Source of the DNA: Alphaproteobacteria bacterium
Lineage (GTDB): Bacteria; Pseudomonadota; Alphaproteobacteria; Bin95
DNA length: 64,000 nt
Reading direction: 5' to 3'
Assembly (NCBI GenBank): GCA_964291285.2
Contig: OZ219787.1
Coordinates: forward strand, 1,952,001-2,016,000
This document shows, piece after piece, positions 53,020 to 62,114 of this stretch. Position numbers and translations under genes: made by a program. The notes beneath the pieces were generated by a model, which worked only from the letters and a program-made list of their open reading frames with translations, ran no database searches and was not told the origin of the DNA. How positions within the stretch are numbered: position 1 is the first letter of the stretch; each line of letters opens with the position of its first letter.

Positions 53020-54069
53020 TTACTGCGCGCGGCCGAGATTGTATTTCATGATCCGGCCGTGGCGGCCGGACCTGTCGCCCTCCAACTCGTAGATGCCGCC
53101 GTTCGGGCCGCGGCGGCGCGCGAGCACGGCGTCGATGGCGAAGCGGTCGTCCCGGTCGAGCTCCAGGTCGAAGATGGATACCGTCTCCGCAAGGCGGCCG
53201 GCAGTGCGCGCGCCGATGATGACGGCGCCGACCTGCGGCCGATCCAGCACCCAGCGGGCGGCGACGGCGCCGATGGCCGCTCCGTGCTTCAGGGCGACGG
53301 CCGCCAGCGCCTCCATCAGCTGCTGGAACAGCGCCCAACCGCCGAACTCGTCGATGATGAGCCGGTATTTGACCAGCGAGCGGTTAGCAAATTCGTATCC
53401 CGGATCGGCGGCGCCGAGCCAGCGCCCGGTCAGGAAGCCGCCGGCAAGCGTCCCGTAACACAGCATCTTCATCCGGTTCCCGGCGCACCAGCGCGCGAAG
53501 GCGCCCGCCGGCCGGTTGTCGAGCAGGGAATACTGGACCTGCGTCGAAACCAGGTCGAAACCCGCATCGATGAAGGGCTGCATCGCCGCTTCGCTCCAGT
53601 TGTTGACGCCGAGCAGCCCGATCTTTCCCTTTCGCTGAATGTCCTTCAGGCAGGACAGGACCTCGTAGGGGCGACCGCGCGCCAGGTCCCACCAGTAGAA
53701 CTGGACCAGCGGCAACCGCTCCAGGCGCAGCCGTTTCAGCGACCTGTCGACGATCGCCTCGACGCCGGCGGGCGAGATCGTCTCCAGCCGGTCGAGGTCG
53801 GGCACCAGCTTGGTGTGCACCTTGATCGCGTCGGCCGCCTCCGGGCCGCGGGTCCGGCGCACGCGCTCGATGAACTCGCCGATCATCTCCTCCACGCCGG
53901 TATAGATGTCGGCGCAGTCGAAGGCGGTGATGCCGGCGTCGAGGAAGCGTTCCATGTCGGCGACCGCCCGCGCGCGGTCTACGGGGCCGTGGTCGCCCGC
54001 CAGTTGCCAGCCGCCCTTTATGACGGGCGCGAACTCGTAGCCCGGCCAAAGCGATACCGGCCTAACCAC
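53020..54069 (-). CDS. Aldo/keto reductase
   Basis: IKGGWQLAGDHG, FDCADIYTGVE, HTKLVPD, QVQYSLLD. Confidence 0.92.
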   Translation of the reverse strand: MVRPVSLWPGYEFAPVIKGGWQLAGDHGPVDRARAVADMERFLDAGITAFDCADIYTGVEEMIGEFIERVRRTRGPEAADAIKVHTKLVPDLDRLETISPAGVEAIVDRSLKRLRLERLPLVQFYWWDLARGRPYEVLSCLKDIQRKGKIGLLGVNNWSEAAMQPFIDAGFDLVSTQVQYSLLDNRPAGAFARWCAGNRMKMLCYGTLAGGFLTGRWLGAADPGYEFANRSLVKYRLIIDEFGGWALFQQLMEALAAVALKHGAAIGAVAARWVLDRPQVGAVIIGARTAGRLAETVSIFDLELDRDDRFAIDAVLARRRGPNGGIYELEGDRSGRHGRIMKYNLGRAQ

Positions 54070-54433
54070 AAGCTCCGTCCTTGCGCCACCAGGGCGTGCC
54101 CCGCGCCTCCGGAAGGCCGGTCGTTTCCGCGTGGGTGAAGCGGCGCTTCCCCAGGCGCGTGATGCGGAAGCGCCCGCCGCAATGCGGGTCGGGGCAGGCG
54201 ACCTCGGTATCCGTCGTCATCCAGTCGTTTTCGTCCGTGACCCGCTGCTTTGCGGGCAGCAGGGGCAGAATCGCGGCGAGCGGGAACATCGGGAAACGGT
54301 CGGTGCCGGAAAAGACGAGGGTCTCGCCCTCCACCGTGAAATAGGCGCCCTCGGGGTGGTTGCAGACCATCGGCCCGTCGCCGGCGACCACCTCCACCTT
54401 CAGGTCGTAAAGCTCGAACGGTCTTTCCGCCAA
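54062..54433 (-). CDS. TIGR04076-family protein
   Basis: FELYDLKVEV...C.H..G...LPLLPAKQR...NDWM..D..VACPDP.CG; TTG start after AAGGAAGG. Confidence 0.8.
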   Translation of the reverse strand: MAERPFELYDLKVEVVAGDGPMVCNHPEGAYFTVEGETLVFSGTDRFPMFPLAAILPLLPAKQRVTDENDWMTTDTEVACPDPHCGGRFRITRLGKRRFTHAETTGLPEARGTPWWRKDGACG

Positions 54434-54543
54434 TGTCCGCCCCCTTCCTTCGACGCCCGCCGCCGTTCCCGGCTCCCGGTCCAGCCTAACACATGCCGCC
54501 GCCAGCGCCGGAGGGTTGCAACGATCCCGGATGGATTTATTTT

Positions 54544-54558
54544 GTTCTTTATTTGTGC
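54544..54558 (+). promoter_or_regulatory. Putative LexA (alpha-type SOS) box
   Basis: GTTC-TTTATTT-GTGC, one mismatch to GTTC-N7-GTTC, in an AT-rich island about 35 bp upstream of ATG 54593. Confidence 0.6.
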
Positions 54559-54592
54559 TTTTATGTGTGAAATCGCAGCGGGAGGCGCCGGC

Positions 54593-55291
54593 ATGGCGAA
54601 GGCCTATTCCCCCGACCTGCGCAAGCGGGTCCTTGCAGCCGTGGCGGAAGGGATGCCGCTTGCGGAGGCGGCGGAGCGGTTCCGGGTCAGCGTGCCGAGC
54701 ATCGTGCGCTGGCGCGCGCTCGAACGCGGGGGGCGGGGCGTCGGGCCGAAACCGTTCGCCGGGGGCCGGCGGCCGGTGCGGGTCGAGGCGGCGCGGGATA
54801 CCATCCTCGCCCTCCTGCGCGAAAATCCGGGCCTCTCTACCGAAGCCCTGCGCGCGGCGCTGGCGAAGCGCGGCCTCGTCTTCAGCTACGGCTCGCTCTA
54901 CCGTTTCCGCCAACGCCACGGCGTCCGGCGCCGCGAAGACCGCTGCGAGGCGCGGGTGGGAGCGGCGCGGGAGGCGATCTTCGCCCTTATGAGAGGAAAT
55001 CCGGGCCTCCCGACCCGCGCGCTCCGCGCAGCCCTGGCGGAGCGCGGCTTCGTCCTGGACTACGGCACCCTCCACCGGTTTCTCGCGCGCCACGGTTTGA
55101 AGGGCAAGAAGGCGGGCCGGCAGGACGGTCCGGCTGCCGGAAACGGCCGTACCGGCCCCCGGGCTCTTGCCGACGACCTGCGGCAGCGGATCGTTGCAGC
55201 CGTGGCGGCGGGGATGTCCTATGCGGAGGCGGGCCGGTTGTTCCGCGTCAACCCGGTCACCATCGCCCGCTGGCACGGGCGCCGGCGGTAA
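54593..55291 (+). CDS. IS630-transposase-derived multi-HTH protein (HTH-wHTH-wHTH-HTH, no DDE domain)
   Basis: MAKAYSPDLRKRVLAAVAEGM... IS630 OrfA-like start; internal duplication (ILALLRENPGLST / IFALMRGNPGLPT); C-terminal second HTH (DDLRQRIVAAVAAGMSYAEAGRLFRV); GGAGG RBS; 232 aa. Confidence 0.78.
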   Translation: MAKAYSPDLRKRVLAAVAEGMPLAEAAERFRVSVPSIVRWRALERGGRGVGPKPFAGGRRPVRVEAARDTILALLRENPGLSTEALRAALAKRGLVFSYGSLYRFRQRHGVRRREDRCEARVGAAREAIFALMRGNPGLPTRALRAALAERGFVLDYGTLHRFLARHGLKGKKAGRQDGPAAGNGRTGPRALADDLRQRIVAAVAAGMSYAEAGRLFRVNPVTIARWHGRRR

Positions 55292-55330
55292 AGCGGGGCA
55301 GCGGGCGGCCTGCCTGCCGCCCGCGATCGG

Positions 55331-55613
55331 CCGAAACGGATTTTCGAGGCCCGCCCCGAGGGCGCCTGCGCTCGACCGAAACGGACTGTTCGCACCGGCC
55401 TCCGAGGCAACCCATGCCGGGGCGGAGACGCCGAATCCGGCCGTCCGGAAACAGGGCGATGCTCAACCGAAACGGATTTTCGAGGCCTGCCCCGAGGGCC
55501 CTGCGCTCGACCGAAGCCGGCTGTTCGCACCGGCCTCCGAGGCAACCCATGCCGGGGCGGAGACGCCGAATCCGGCCGTCCGGAAACAGGGCGATGCTCA
55601 ACCGAAACGGATT
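55331..55613 (+). repeat. Tandem direct repeat: two 135-136-bp units plus a 12-bp third start
   Basis: Units begin CCGAAACGGATT at 55331, 55467 and 55602 and are nearly identical. Confidence 0.92.
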
Positions 55614-55761
55614 GCCGCCGGCGGCGGGCGCACGTCGCCGGTTGCTCTGCGGGAGCCCCTTTCGCCCAGGCTTTCCTGCCGCAGCGATCCGCCGCGACCG
55701 TTCGTCAGGGTGGCAAGTCCTTCATCCGCTTCGTCCCCGCCCGTTCCTCCGGTCCGCCCCT

Positions 55762-55805
55762 ATATGGGGGCGTTGTTCCTGCATGGCAAGGTTTCAGGGA
55801 AAAAA
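55762..55805 (-). promoter_or_regulatory. Promoter-like element (CTTGCC-N16-CCCATAT), divergent from sdhC, facing the repeat tract
   Basis: Minus strand reads TTTTTTCCCTGAAAC-CTTGCC-N16-CCCATAT; overlaps the palindrome TCAGGG-N8-CCCTGA (55794-55813). Confidence 0.5.
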
Positions 55806-55869
55806 TACCCTGATATTCCGGCAGGCGGTCCGGGACGGGCGCGGCGGCCGCCGGCCGGCGGCGCTCCGA

Positions 55870-55898
55870 TTGACAGCGCTACGGTCCGGGACTAGGGA
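55870..55898 (+). promoter_or_regulatory. Putative sigma70 promoter of sdhCDAB
   Basis: TTGACA-N17-TAGGGA (alpha-type -10 lacking the final T). Confidence 0.55.
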
Positions 55899-55938
55899 GA
55901 ACGGTGCATTGTCCTTGCGCGTGAGACAGGCTTCTTCC

Positions 55939-56322
55939 ATGGCATCCGACAACCGGCCGCTGTCGCCGCATCTCCAGATTTACCGCCCGCAACTCACCTC
56001 CATGCTCTCCATCGCCCATCGCGGCGCCGGGATTGCGCTGGGCGCGGGCGCGGCGTTCTTCGCCTGGTGGCTGCTGGCCGCCGCCTCGGGGCCGGAGGCC
56101 TACGGAGCCGCGCAATCCTTCTTCGGTTCGGTCCCGGGCATCATCGTCCTGGCGGGCTTCTCCTTTGCGCTCTTCTATCATCTCTGCAACGGCATCAGGC
56201 ACCTGTTCTGGGATGCGGGCATGGGGCTGGAACTCGACCAGGCCTACCGGTCCGGCTGGGCGGTCGTCGCGGCGGCGGCCGTGCTGACCGCGGGCGCCTG
56301 GCTCTGGGCCTGCGCGGGCTGA
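55939..56322 (+). CDS. sdhC: Succinate dehydrogenase cytochrome b556 subunit
   Basis: RPLSPHLQIY, SIAHR, HLCNGIRHLFWD. Confidence 0.97.
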   Translation: MASDNRPLSPHLQIYRPQLTSMLSIAHRGAGIALGAGAAFFAWWLLAAASGPEAYGAAQSFFGSVPGIIVLAGFSFALFYHLCNGIRHLFWDAGMGLELDQAYRSGWAVVAAAAVLTAGAWLWACAG

Positions 56323-56341
56323 GCGGGGGAGGCGGGAGCCC

Positions 56342-56722
56342 ATGGAATTCAGGACATCCGCCAAGGCGGTGCGCGGGCTGGGTTCGGCCCGGGAGGGCGC
56401 GGCGCACTGGTGGGCGCAGCGGATGACGGCGCTGGCGCTGGTGCCGCTCAGCGTCTGGTTCGCGGTCTCGGTCATCCGGCTCGCCGGCGCGGACCACGGC
56501 GCGTTCGCGGAATGGCTCGCCTCGCCCTTCAACGCCGTCGCCATGCTGCTGTTCACGGTCGCCGGCTTCCACCACGCCGCGCTCGGGCTGCAGGTGGTGC
56601 TGGAAGACTACATTTCCGGCGAAGGCCGGCGGGTCGCGGCCATCGTGGCCGTCAAGGGCGCATGCTGGGCGCTCGCCGCCGCCTGCGCCTTCGCCGTCCT
56701 CAAGATCGCTCTCGGAGGCTGA
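56342..56722 (+). CDS. sdhD: Succinate dehydrogenase membrane anchor subunit
   Basis: GLGSAREG..HWWAQR.TA, H..LGLQVVLEDY. Confidence 0.96.
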   Translation: MEFRTSAKAVRGLGSAREGAAHWWAQRMTALALVPLSVWFAVSVIRLAGADHGAFAEWLASPFNAVAMLLFTVAGFHHAALGLQVVLEDYISGEGRRVAAIVAVKGACWALAAACAFAVLKIALGG

Positions 56723-56731
56723 GGCGCCCCC

Positions 56732-58534
56732 ATGAACGCCAACGGCAAACCCGCATACGAGGTGACCGACCACAGCTACGACGTCGTCGTCGTCGGCGGC
56801 GGCGGCTCCGGCCTGCGCGCAACGCTCGGATGCGTCCAGGCCGGGCTGAAGACCGCCTGCGTCACCAAGGTGTTCCCGACCCGCAGCCACACCGTCGCCG
56901 CGCAGGGCGGCATCGCCGCCAGCCTTGCCAACATGAGCGAGGACGACTGGCGCTGGCACATGTACGACACGGTGAAGGGCGCGGACTGGCTCGGCGACCA
57001 GGACGCCATCGAATATATGTGCCGCAACGCCGTGCCGGCGGTGATCGAGCTCGAACATTTCGGCATGCCGTTCTCGCGCACGCCGGAAGGCAGGATCTAC
57101 CAGCGGCCCTTCGGCGGCCACATGAAGAACTGGGGCGAGAGCCCCGCACAGCGCGCCTGCGCGGCCGCCGACCGGACCGGCCACGCGCTGCTGCACACGC
57201 TCTACCAGCAGAGCCTGCGCCACGCGGCGGAGTTCTTCGTCGAGTATTTCGCGCTCGACCTCGTCATGGGGCCGGAGGGCGACTGCCGGGGCGTCGTCGC
57301 CTGGAACCTCGACGACGGCACGATCCACTGCTTCCGGGCGAAGCTGGTGATCCTGGCCACCGGCGGCTACGGGCGCTCCTATTTCTCCTGCACCTCGGCG
57401 CATACCTGCACCGGCGACGGCAACGGCATGGTCGCGCGCGCGGGCCTGCCGAACCAGGACATGGAGTTCGTGCAGTTCCACCCGACCGGCATCTACGGCG
57501 CCGGCTGCCTCATCACCGAAGGCGCGCGCGGCGAGGGCGGCTACCTCACCAACTCCGAGGGCGAGCGCTTCATGGAGCGCTATGCGCCGACGGCGCGCGA
57601 CCTCGCCTCGCGCGATGTCGTCTCGCGCTCGATGACCGTCGAAATCCTGGAAGGCCGCGGCGTCGGCGCGGGCAACGACCATATCTTCCTGCACCTGGAG
57701 CATCTGGGCGGCGACGTGCTCCAGCGCCGCCTGCCGGGCATCACCGAGACGGCGCGCATCTTCGCCGGCGTCGATGCCTCCCGCGAGCCGATCCCGGTGC
57801 TGCCGACGGTCCACTACAATATGGGCGGCATCCCGACCAACTATCACGGCGAGGTGCTGAGCCCGACCGCCGACGACCCGGACAGGGTCGTGCCGGGGCT
57901 GATGGCGGTCGGCGAATGCGCGTGCGTCTCCGTGCACGGCGCGAACCGGCTCGGCTGCAACTCGCTGCTCGACCTTGTCGTGTTCGGGCGCGCGGCGGGG
58001 CTGCGCGCGGCCGAGACAGTGGACGGCCCGGGCGCCGTGCCGGATGCGCCGGCGGATGCGGCCGAACGCCCGCTCGCCAGGCTCGACCGCCTGCGCCACG
58101 CCTCCGGCTCGCTGATGACCGGCGAAATCCGCGACGGCATGCAGCGCATCATGCAGAACAACGCCGCCGTGTTCCGCGACGCCGGGGTGCTGGAGGAGGG
58201 CTGCCGCCAGATGGACCAGTCCGCCGCCAGCCTTTCCGACATCAGGCTCTCCGACCGCTCGATGATCTGGAACTCGGACCTCGTCGAGGCGCTGGAGCTC
58301 GAGAACCTGATGGTCTGCTCCATGTCCACCATGTTCTCCGCGGAGGCGCGCAAGGAGAGCCGGGGCGCGCACGCCCGCGAGGACCTGCCCGACCGGGACG
58401 ACGAGAACTGGATGGTGCACACGCTCGCCGCTTGCGACGAGGACTGCAAGGTCACGCTCTCATACCGCCCGGTGCACGATTACACCCTGACCGGCGAGGT
58501 GGAGTACATCCCGCCGGTCGAGCGGGTTTACTAG
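56732..58534 (+). CDS. sdhA: Succinate dehydrogenase flavoprotein subunit
   Basis: [13 protein letters not shown] attachment site, QFHPTG, HYNMGG, HGANRLG. Confidence 0.98.
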   Translation: MNANGKPAYEVTDHSYDVVVVGGGGSGLRATLGCVQAGLKTACVTKVFPTRSHTVAAQGGIAASLANMSEDDWRWHMYDTVKGADWLGDQDAIEYMCRNAVPAVIELEHFGMPFSRTPEGRIYQRPFGGHMKNWGESPAQRACAAADRTGHALLHTLYQQSLRHAAEFFVEYFALDLVMGPEGDCRGVVAWNLDDGTIHCFRAKLVILATGGYGRSYFSCTSAHTCTGDGNGMVARAGLPNQDMEFVQFHPTGIYGAGCLITEGARGEGGYLTNSEGERFMERYAPTARDLASRDVVSRSMTVEILEGRGVGAGNDHIFLHLEHLGGDVLQRRLPGITETARIFAGVDASREPIPVLPTVHYNMGGIPTNYHGEVLSPTADDPDRVVPGLMAVGECACVSVHGANRLGCNSLLDLVVFGRAAGLRAAETVDGPGAVPDAPADAAERPLARLDRLRHASGSLMTGEIRDGMQRIMQNNAAVFRDAGVLEEGCRQMDQSAASLSDIRLSDRSMIWNSDLVEALELENLMVCSMSTMFSAEARKESRGAHAREDLPDRDDENWMVHTLAACDEDCKVTLSYRPVHDYTLTGEVEYIPPVERVY

Positions 58535-58552
58535 CGAGGAACGGCAACGCCC

Positions 58553-59329
58553 ATGGCCCAGCTCACCCTGCCGAAGAACTCCAGGGTCGGCGCCGGCAAG
58601 ACCTGGCCCGCACCGGCGGGCGCCGGGAAGACGCGGCGCTTCAAGGTCTATCGCTGGTCTCCGGACGAGGGCGGCAACCCGCGCGTCGACAGCTACGATG
58701 TGGACATGGACAGCTGCGGGCCGATGGTCCTGGACGCGCTCATCAAGATCAAGAACGAGGTCGATTCCACGCTGACCTTCCGCCGGTCCTGCCGCGAGGG
58801 CATCTGCGGGTCCTGCGCGATGAATATCGACGGGACCAACACGCTCGCCTGCACCCAGGCCATCGCGGACATACGCGGCGACGTGAAGATCTACCCGCTG
58901 CCGCATCTCAGGGTGGTCAAGGACCTTGTGCCGGACCTGAACGAGGCCTATGCGCAACTCGCGTCGGTCGAGCCCTGGCTCAAGACGGTGAGCGCGCCGC
59001 CGGAGCGCGAACGCCTCCAGTCGGAAGAGGACCGCGGCAGGCTGGACGGGCTCTGGGAGTGCATCCTCTGCTTCTGCTGCGCCACGAGCTGCCCGAGCTA
59101 CTGGTGGAACGGCGAGCGCTATCTCGGGCCGGCGGTGCTCTTGCAGGCGTACCGCTGGGTCGCCGACAGCCGCGACGAGATGACCGGCGAGCGTCTGGAC
59201 GACCTCCAGGACCCGTTCCGGCTCTATCGCTGCCACACCATCATGAACTGCACCAAGACCTGCCCCAAGGGCCTCAATCCGGCCAAGGCGATTGCCGAGA
59301 TCAAGAAGCTCATGGTGGCGCGGCGCTGA
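58553..59329 (+). CDS. sdhB: Succinate dehydrogenase iron-sulfur subunit
   Basis: [33 protein letters not shown]. Confidence 0.98.
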   Translation: MAQLTLPKNSRVGAGKTWPAPAGAGKTRRFKVYRWSPDEGGNPRVDSYDVDMDSCGPMVLDALIKIKNEVDSTLTFRRSCREGICGSCAMNIDGTNTLACTQAIADIRGDVKIYPLPHLRVVKDLVPDLNEAYAQLASVEPWLKTVSAPPERERLQSEEDRGRLDGLWECILCFCCATSCPSYWWNGERYLGPAVLLQAYRWVADSRDEMTGERLDDLQDPFRLYRCHTIMNCTKTCPKGLNPAKAIAEIKKLMVARR

Positions 59330-59357
59330 CGATTCAGCGGGACTGGACGCCGCGGTA

Positions 59358-61208
59358 ATGGACGGCGAGCTCGGTCCGGTCCTGGCCTTCGGGGCCATAG
59401 CGGTGGCGCTGGCGCTCTATGCGACGCCGAAGCTGCCGCTGGAATTCTCCTCGCTGTTCGTGGTCTGCCTGCTCCTGGTGGCCTTCTACGCCTTTCCGCA
59501 GACCGGGCCGGACGGCCGCAATCTGCTCGGGCCGGAATCCCTGCTCGCCGGGTTCGCCAACCCCGCGCTCCTGGCATTGCTCGGCTTGATCGTGATGGGG
59601 CAGGGGCTGGCGCAGACCGGCGCGCTCGACCACGGCGCCCGCGCGCTTCTCCGGATTGCCGGCGGGCGGACCGAGACGGCGCTGGTCGCGTCCTTGCTCG
59701 CCGTATTGCTCATCAGCGGGGTGCTCAACAACACGCCGGTCGTCGTCATCTTCATCCCGATCCTCCAGACCTTCGCGAGCCGTGGCGGCGCGCCGCCCAG
59801 CCGGTCGATGATGGTGCTCAGCTTCGCCTCGATCCTCGGCGGCATGACGACACTGATCGGCTCCAGCACAAACCTGCTGGTCTCCGGCATGCTGACCGAT
59901 CTCGGCGAACCGGGCTTCGGCTTCTTCGATTTCACCTTGCCGGGCCTCGCCGTGGCTTTGCCCGGCCTGGTGTTCGCGATTCTGGTGGTTCGCCGGCTGC
60001 TGCCGGAGCGCAGCGCTGCGGGAGGCACCGGGATTGCGACCGGCCGGCAGTTCCTTGCACAGATCGACGTCGTGGCGGGCCGGCCGCTGGACGGGCTGAT
60101 GCCGGCCGGCGGCTTCTTCCCGGACCTTGCCGATGTGACGGTCCACGCCATCAGGCGCGGCGAAGCTCGCCTGCTGCCGCCCTTCGGCGGGGAGGCGGCG
60201 CCGCAGCCGGGCGACATCCTGATCGTGAGCGCCACGCGGCAGGCACTGACCGACGCCGTCCGCGGCGAGATGGACCTGCTGCACCCCTCGCTCGGCGACA
60301 GCTGGGCCGTGCGCGACGACGAGACCCACGGCAAGCCGCCCTGGCTGCGCGGGCGCCAGCTGCTCGGCGAGGTGCTGGTGACACCCGGCTCCGAGCTCAT
60401 CGGCCGCACGCTGGAGCAGATCGGTTTCCGCTACCGCTACAACTGCGTGGTCGTCGGCGTGCAGCGCCGCGCGGCGCGCCGCCACGGGCCGATCACCGAC
60501 CTGCCGCTCGCCGCCGGCGACGTGCTGCTGGTGCAGGGCACGGCGGAAGCGAAGGCGGCACTGCGGGGGCGGCCCGGCATCCTGCCGATCGAGTGGTCCG
60601 CAAGCGAGGTGCCGTCGGCTCCGGAAGCGCGGCGCGCGCTCGCGATCTTCGCGGTCGTGGTGGGACTGGCGGCGTTGGATATCCTGCCCATCGTCATCGG
60701 CGCCATGGCGGGGGCGGCCGCCATGCTGGCGACGGGCGTGATGACCTTGCGCCAGGCCGGGCGCGCGATCGGGGCCGACCTCGTGCTGACCATTGCCGCG
60801 GCGCTCGCTCTCGGCAAGGCGCTGCAGGAAACCGGCGGGGCCGCGATCCTGTCCGACCTGCTGGCGGGCGCACTGGCCGGCGCGCCGGTGTCGGTGGTGC
60901 TGTCCGCCTTCTTCCTGCTGGTGGCGGGGCTTGCGAACCTGGTCGGCACGAAGGCGGTGGCGGTGTTGTTCACGCCGATAGCCGTTTCGCTCGCCCAGGG
61001 CCTCGGCGCCCCGGTGGAGCCCTTCGCGGTGGCCGTTGTCTTCGCGGCCAACTGCGCCTTCGCGACGCCGATGGGCTACCAGACCAACCTGCTGGTCATG
61101 GGCCCCGCCGGATACCGCTTCCAGGACTATGTGCGCGCCGGCCTGCCGATGCTGCTCTTCGTCTGGGCGACGGCGAGCCTTGTGCTGCCCTTCTATTACG
61201 GCCTTTAG
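59358..61208 (+). CDS. SLC13-family permease with TrkA-C domains
   Basis: LNNTPVV, GGMTTLIGSSTNLL, FATPMGYQTNLLV, central RCK-C repeats. Confidence 0.9.
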   Translation: MDGELGPVLAFGAIAVALALYATPKLPLEFSSLFVVCLLLVAFYAFPQTGPDGRNLLGPESLLAGFANPALLALLGLIVMGQGLAQTGALDHGARALLRIAGGRTETALVASLLAVLLISGVLNNTPVVVIFIPILQTFASRGGAPPSRSMMVLSFASILGGMTTLIGSSTNLLVSGMLTDLGEPGFGFFDFTLPGLAVALPGLVFAILVVRRLLPERSAAGGTGIATGRQFLAQIDVVAGRPLDGLMPAGGFFPDLADVTVHAIRRGEARLLPPFGGEAAPQPGDILIVSATRQALTDAVRGEMDLLHPSLGDSWAVRDDETHGKPPWLRGRQLLGEVLVTPGSELIGRTLEQIGFRYRYNCVVVGVQRRAARRHGPITDLPLAAGDVLLVQGTAEAKAALRGRPGILPIEWSASEVPSAPEARRALAIFAVVVGLAALDILPIVIGAMAGAAAMLATGVMTLRQAGRAIGADLVLTIAAALALGKALQETGGAAILSDLLAGALAGAPVSVVLSAFFLLVAGLANLVGTKAVAVLFTPIAVSLAQGLGAPVEPFAVAVVFAANCAFATPMGYQTNLLVMGPAGYRFQDYVRAGLPMLLFVWATASLVLPFYYGL

Positions 61209-61217
61209 CGGACCGGA

Positions 61218-62114
61218 CTACCCGTCGCCCGGCACGGTACCCGCCGGCAGGCTCTCGACATGGCGGCAGATCTCGCCGGGGCGGGTGAGCCAGATGCGGT
61301 CCCGGTGCCGGGCGATATGCTCGAACGCGCGCCGCAGCGCGCGCATCCGGTAGGGCCGGCCGACGACGAAGGGATGCAGCGAGATCGGGAAGACCAGCGG
61401 CATGGCGGTGGACTGGTCGAGCATCTCGTCGAAACAGTCGATCAGCATGCGGGCATAGTCGTCGGAGGAGTATCGGAACCAGACGAGCGCGCGGTTGTCG
61501 TTGGTCTCGATGGGGTAGGGCATGGAGAGGATGCGCCCGCCCGAGCGCGTGCGCATCCAGACCGGCTGGTCGTCATGCGTCCAGTCCATCACATAGCGGT
61601 AGCCGGCCTCCTGCAGCAGGTCGAGCGTGACCGCGCTGTTGGAGAGCCAGGGGCTCATCCAGCCGGTCGGCGGCGCGCCTTCGTTCTCGGCAATGGCGCG
61701 CGTCACCTCCTCGATATGCGCGCGCTCCCCGTCTTCCGGCAGCCCGCCCTGTTCGTCCGAGTTGGTGACGCCGTGGCCCAGGATCTCGTCGCCCCGCGCC
61801 CTGAGCCGTTCCGTAATGTCGGGGCAGTGCTCATAGACGGCGGTGTTGATCTGCGCCTGGCAGGGAATGTCGAGCGCGTCGAACATCTCGAACAGCCGCC
61901 AGATGCCGACGCGGTTGCCGTAGTCGCGCCAGGAATAGACCGACGCGCTGACCGCCTGGTCCGGCGGCGCGACGCCCGCGCCCTTGCCGCGCCCCCAGGC
62001 GAACACCTCGACATTGAGCGCGACATAGACGGCGAGCCGGTTCCCGTCCGGCCAGTCATAGACCGGGCGCGAGACGATGCTCGAATGGTCGTAGCGTCCG
62101 TGGGTCTCAAGCAT
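61218..62114 (-). CDS. Polysaccharide deacetylase family protein (PuuE-like)
   Basis: WPDG.RLAV, SWRDYGNRVGIWR, GHG, GWMSPW, ISLHPFVVG. Confidence 0.88.
   Translation of the reverse strand: MLETHGRYDHSSIVSRPVYDWPDGNRLAVYVALNVEVFAWGRGKGAGVAPPDQAVSASVYSWRDYGNRVGIWRLFEMFDALDIPCQAQINTAVYEHCPDITERLRARGDEILGHGVTNSDEQGGLPEDGERAHIEEVTRAIAENEGAPPTGWMSPWLSNSAVTLDLLQEAGYRYVMDWTHDDQPVWMRTRSGGRILSMPYPIETNDNRALVWFRYSSDDYARMLIDCFDEMLDQSTAMPLVFPISLHPFVVGRPYRMRALRRAFEHIARHRDRIWLTRPGEICRHVESLPAGTVPGDG

Noticed and set aside
55331-55613. CRISPR array
   Set aside because: The sequences between the short cores are themselves duplicated rather than unique spacers, the core is only about 10-12 bp, and there are no cas genes in the window.
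55167-55895. 242-aa ORF with repeated peptide FAPASEATHAGAETPNPAVRKQGDAQPKRI
   Set aside because: It overlaps the HTH gene, has a weak start and no family resemblance, and the repeat units differ by 1 bp. Best explained as a read-through of a DNA repeat.
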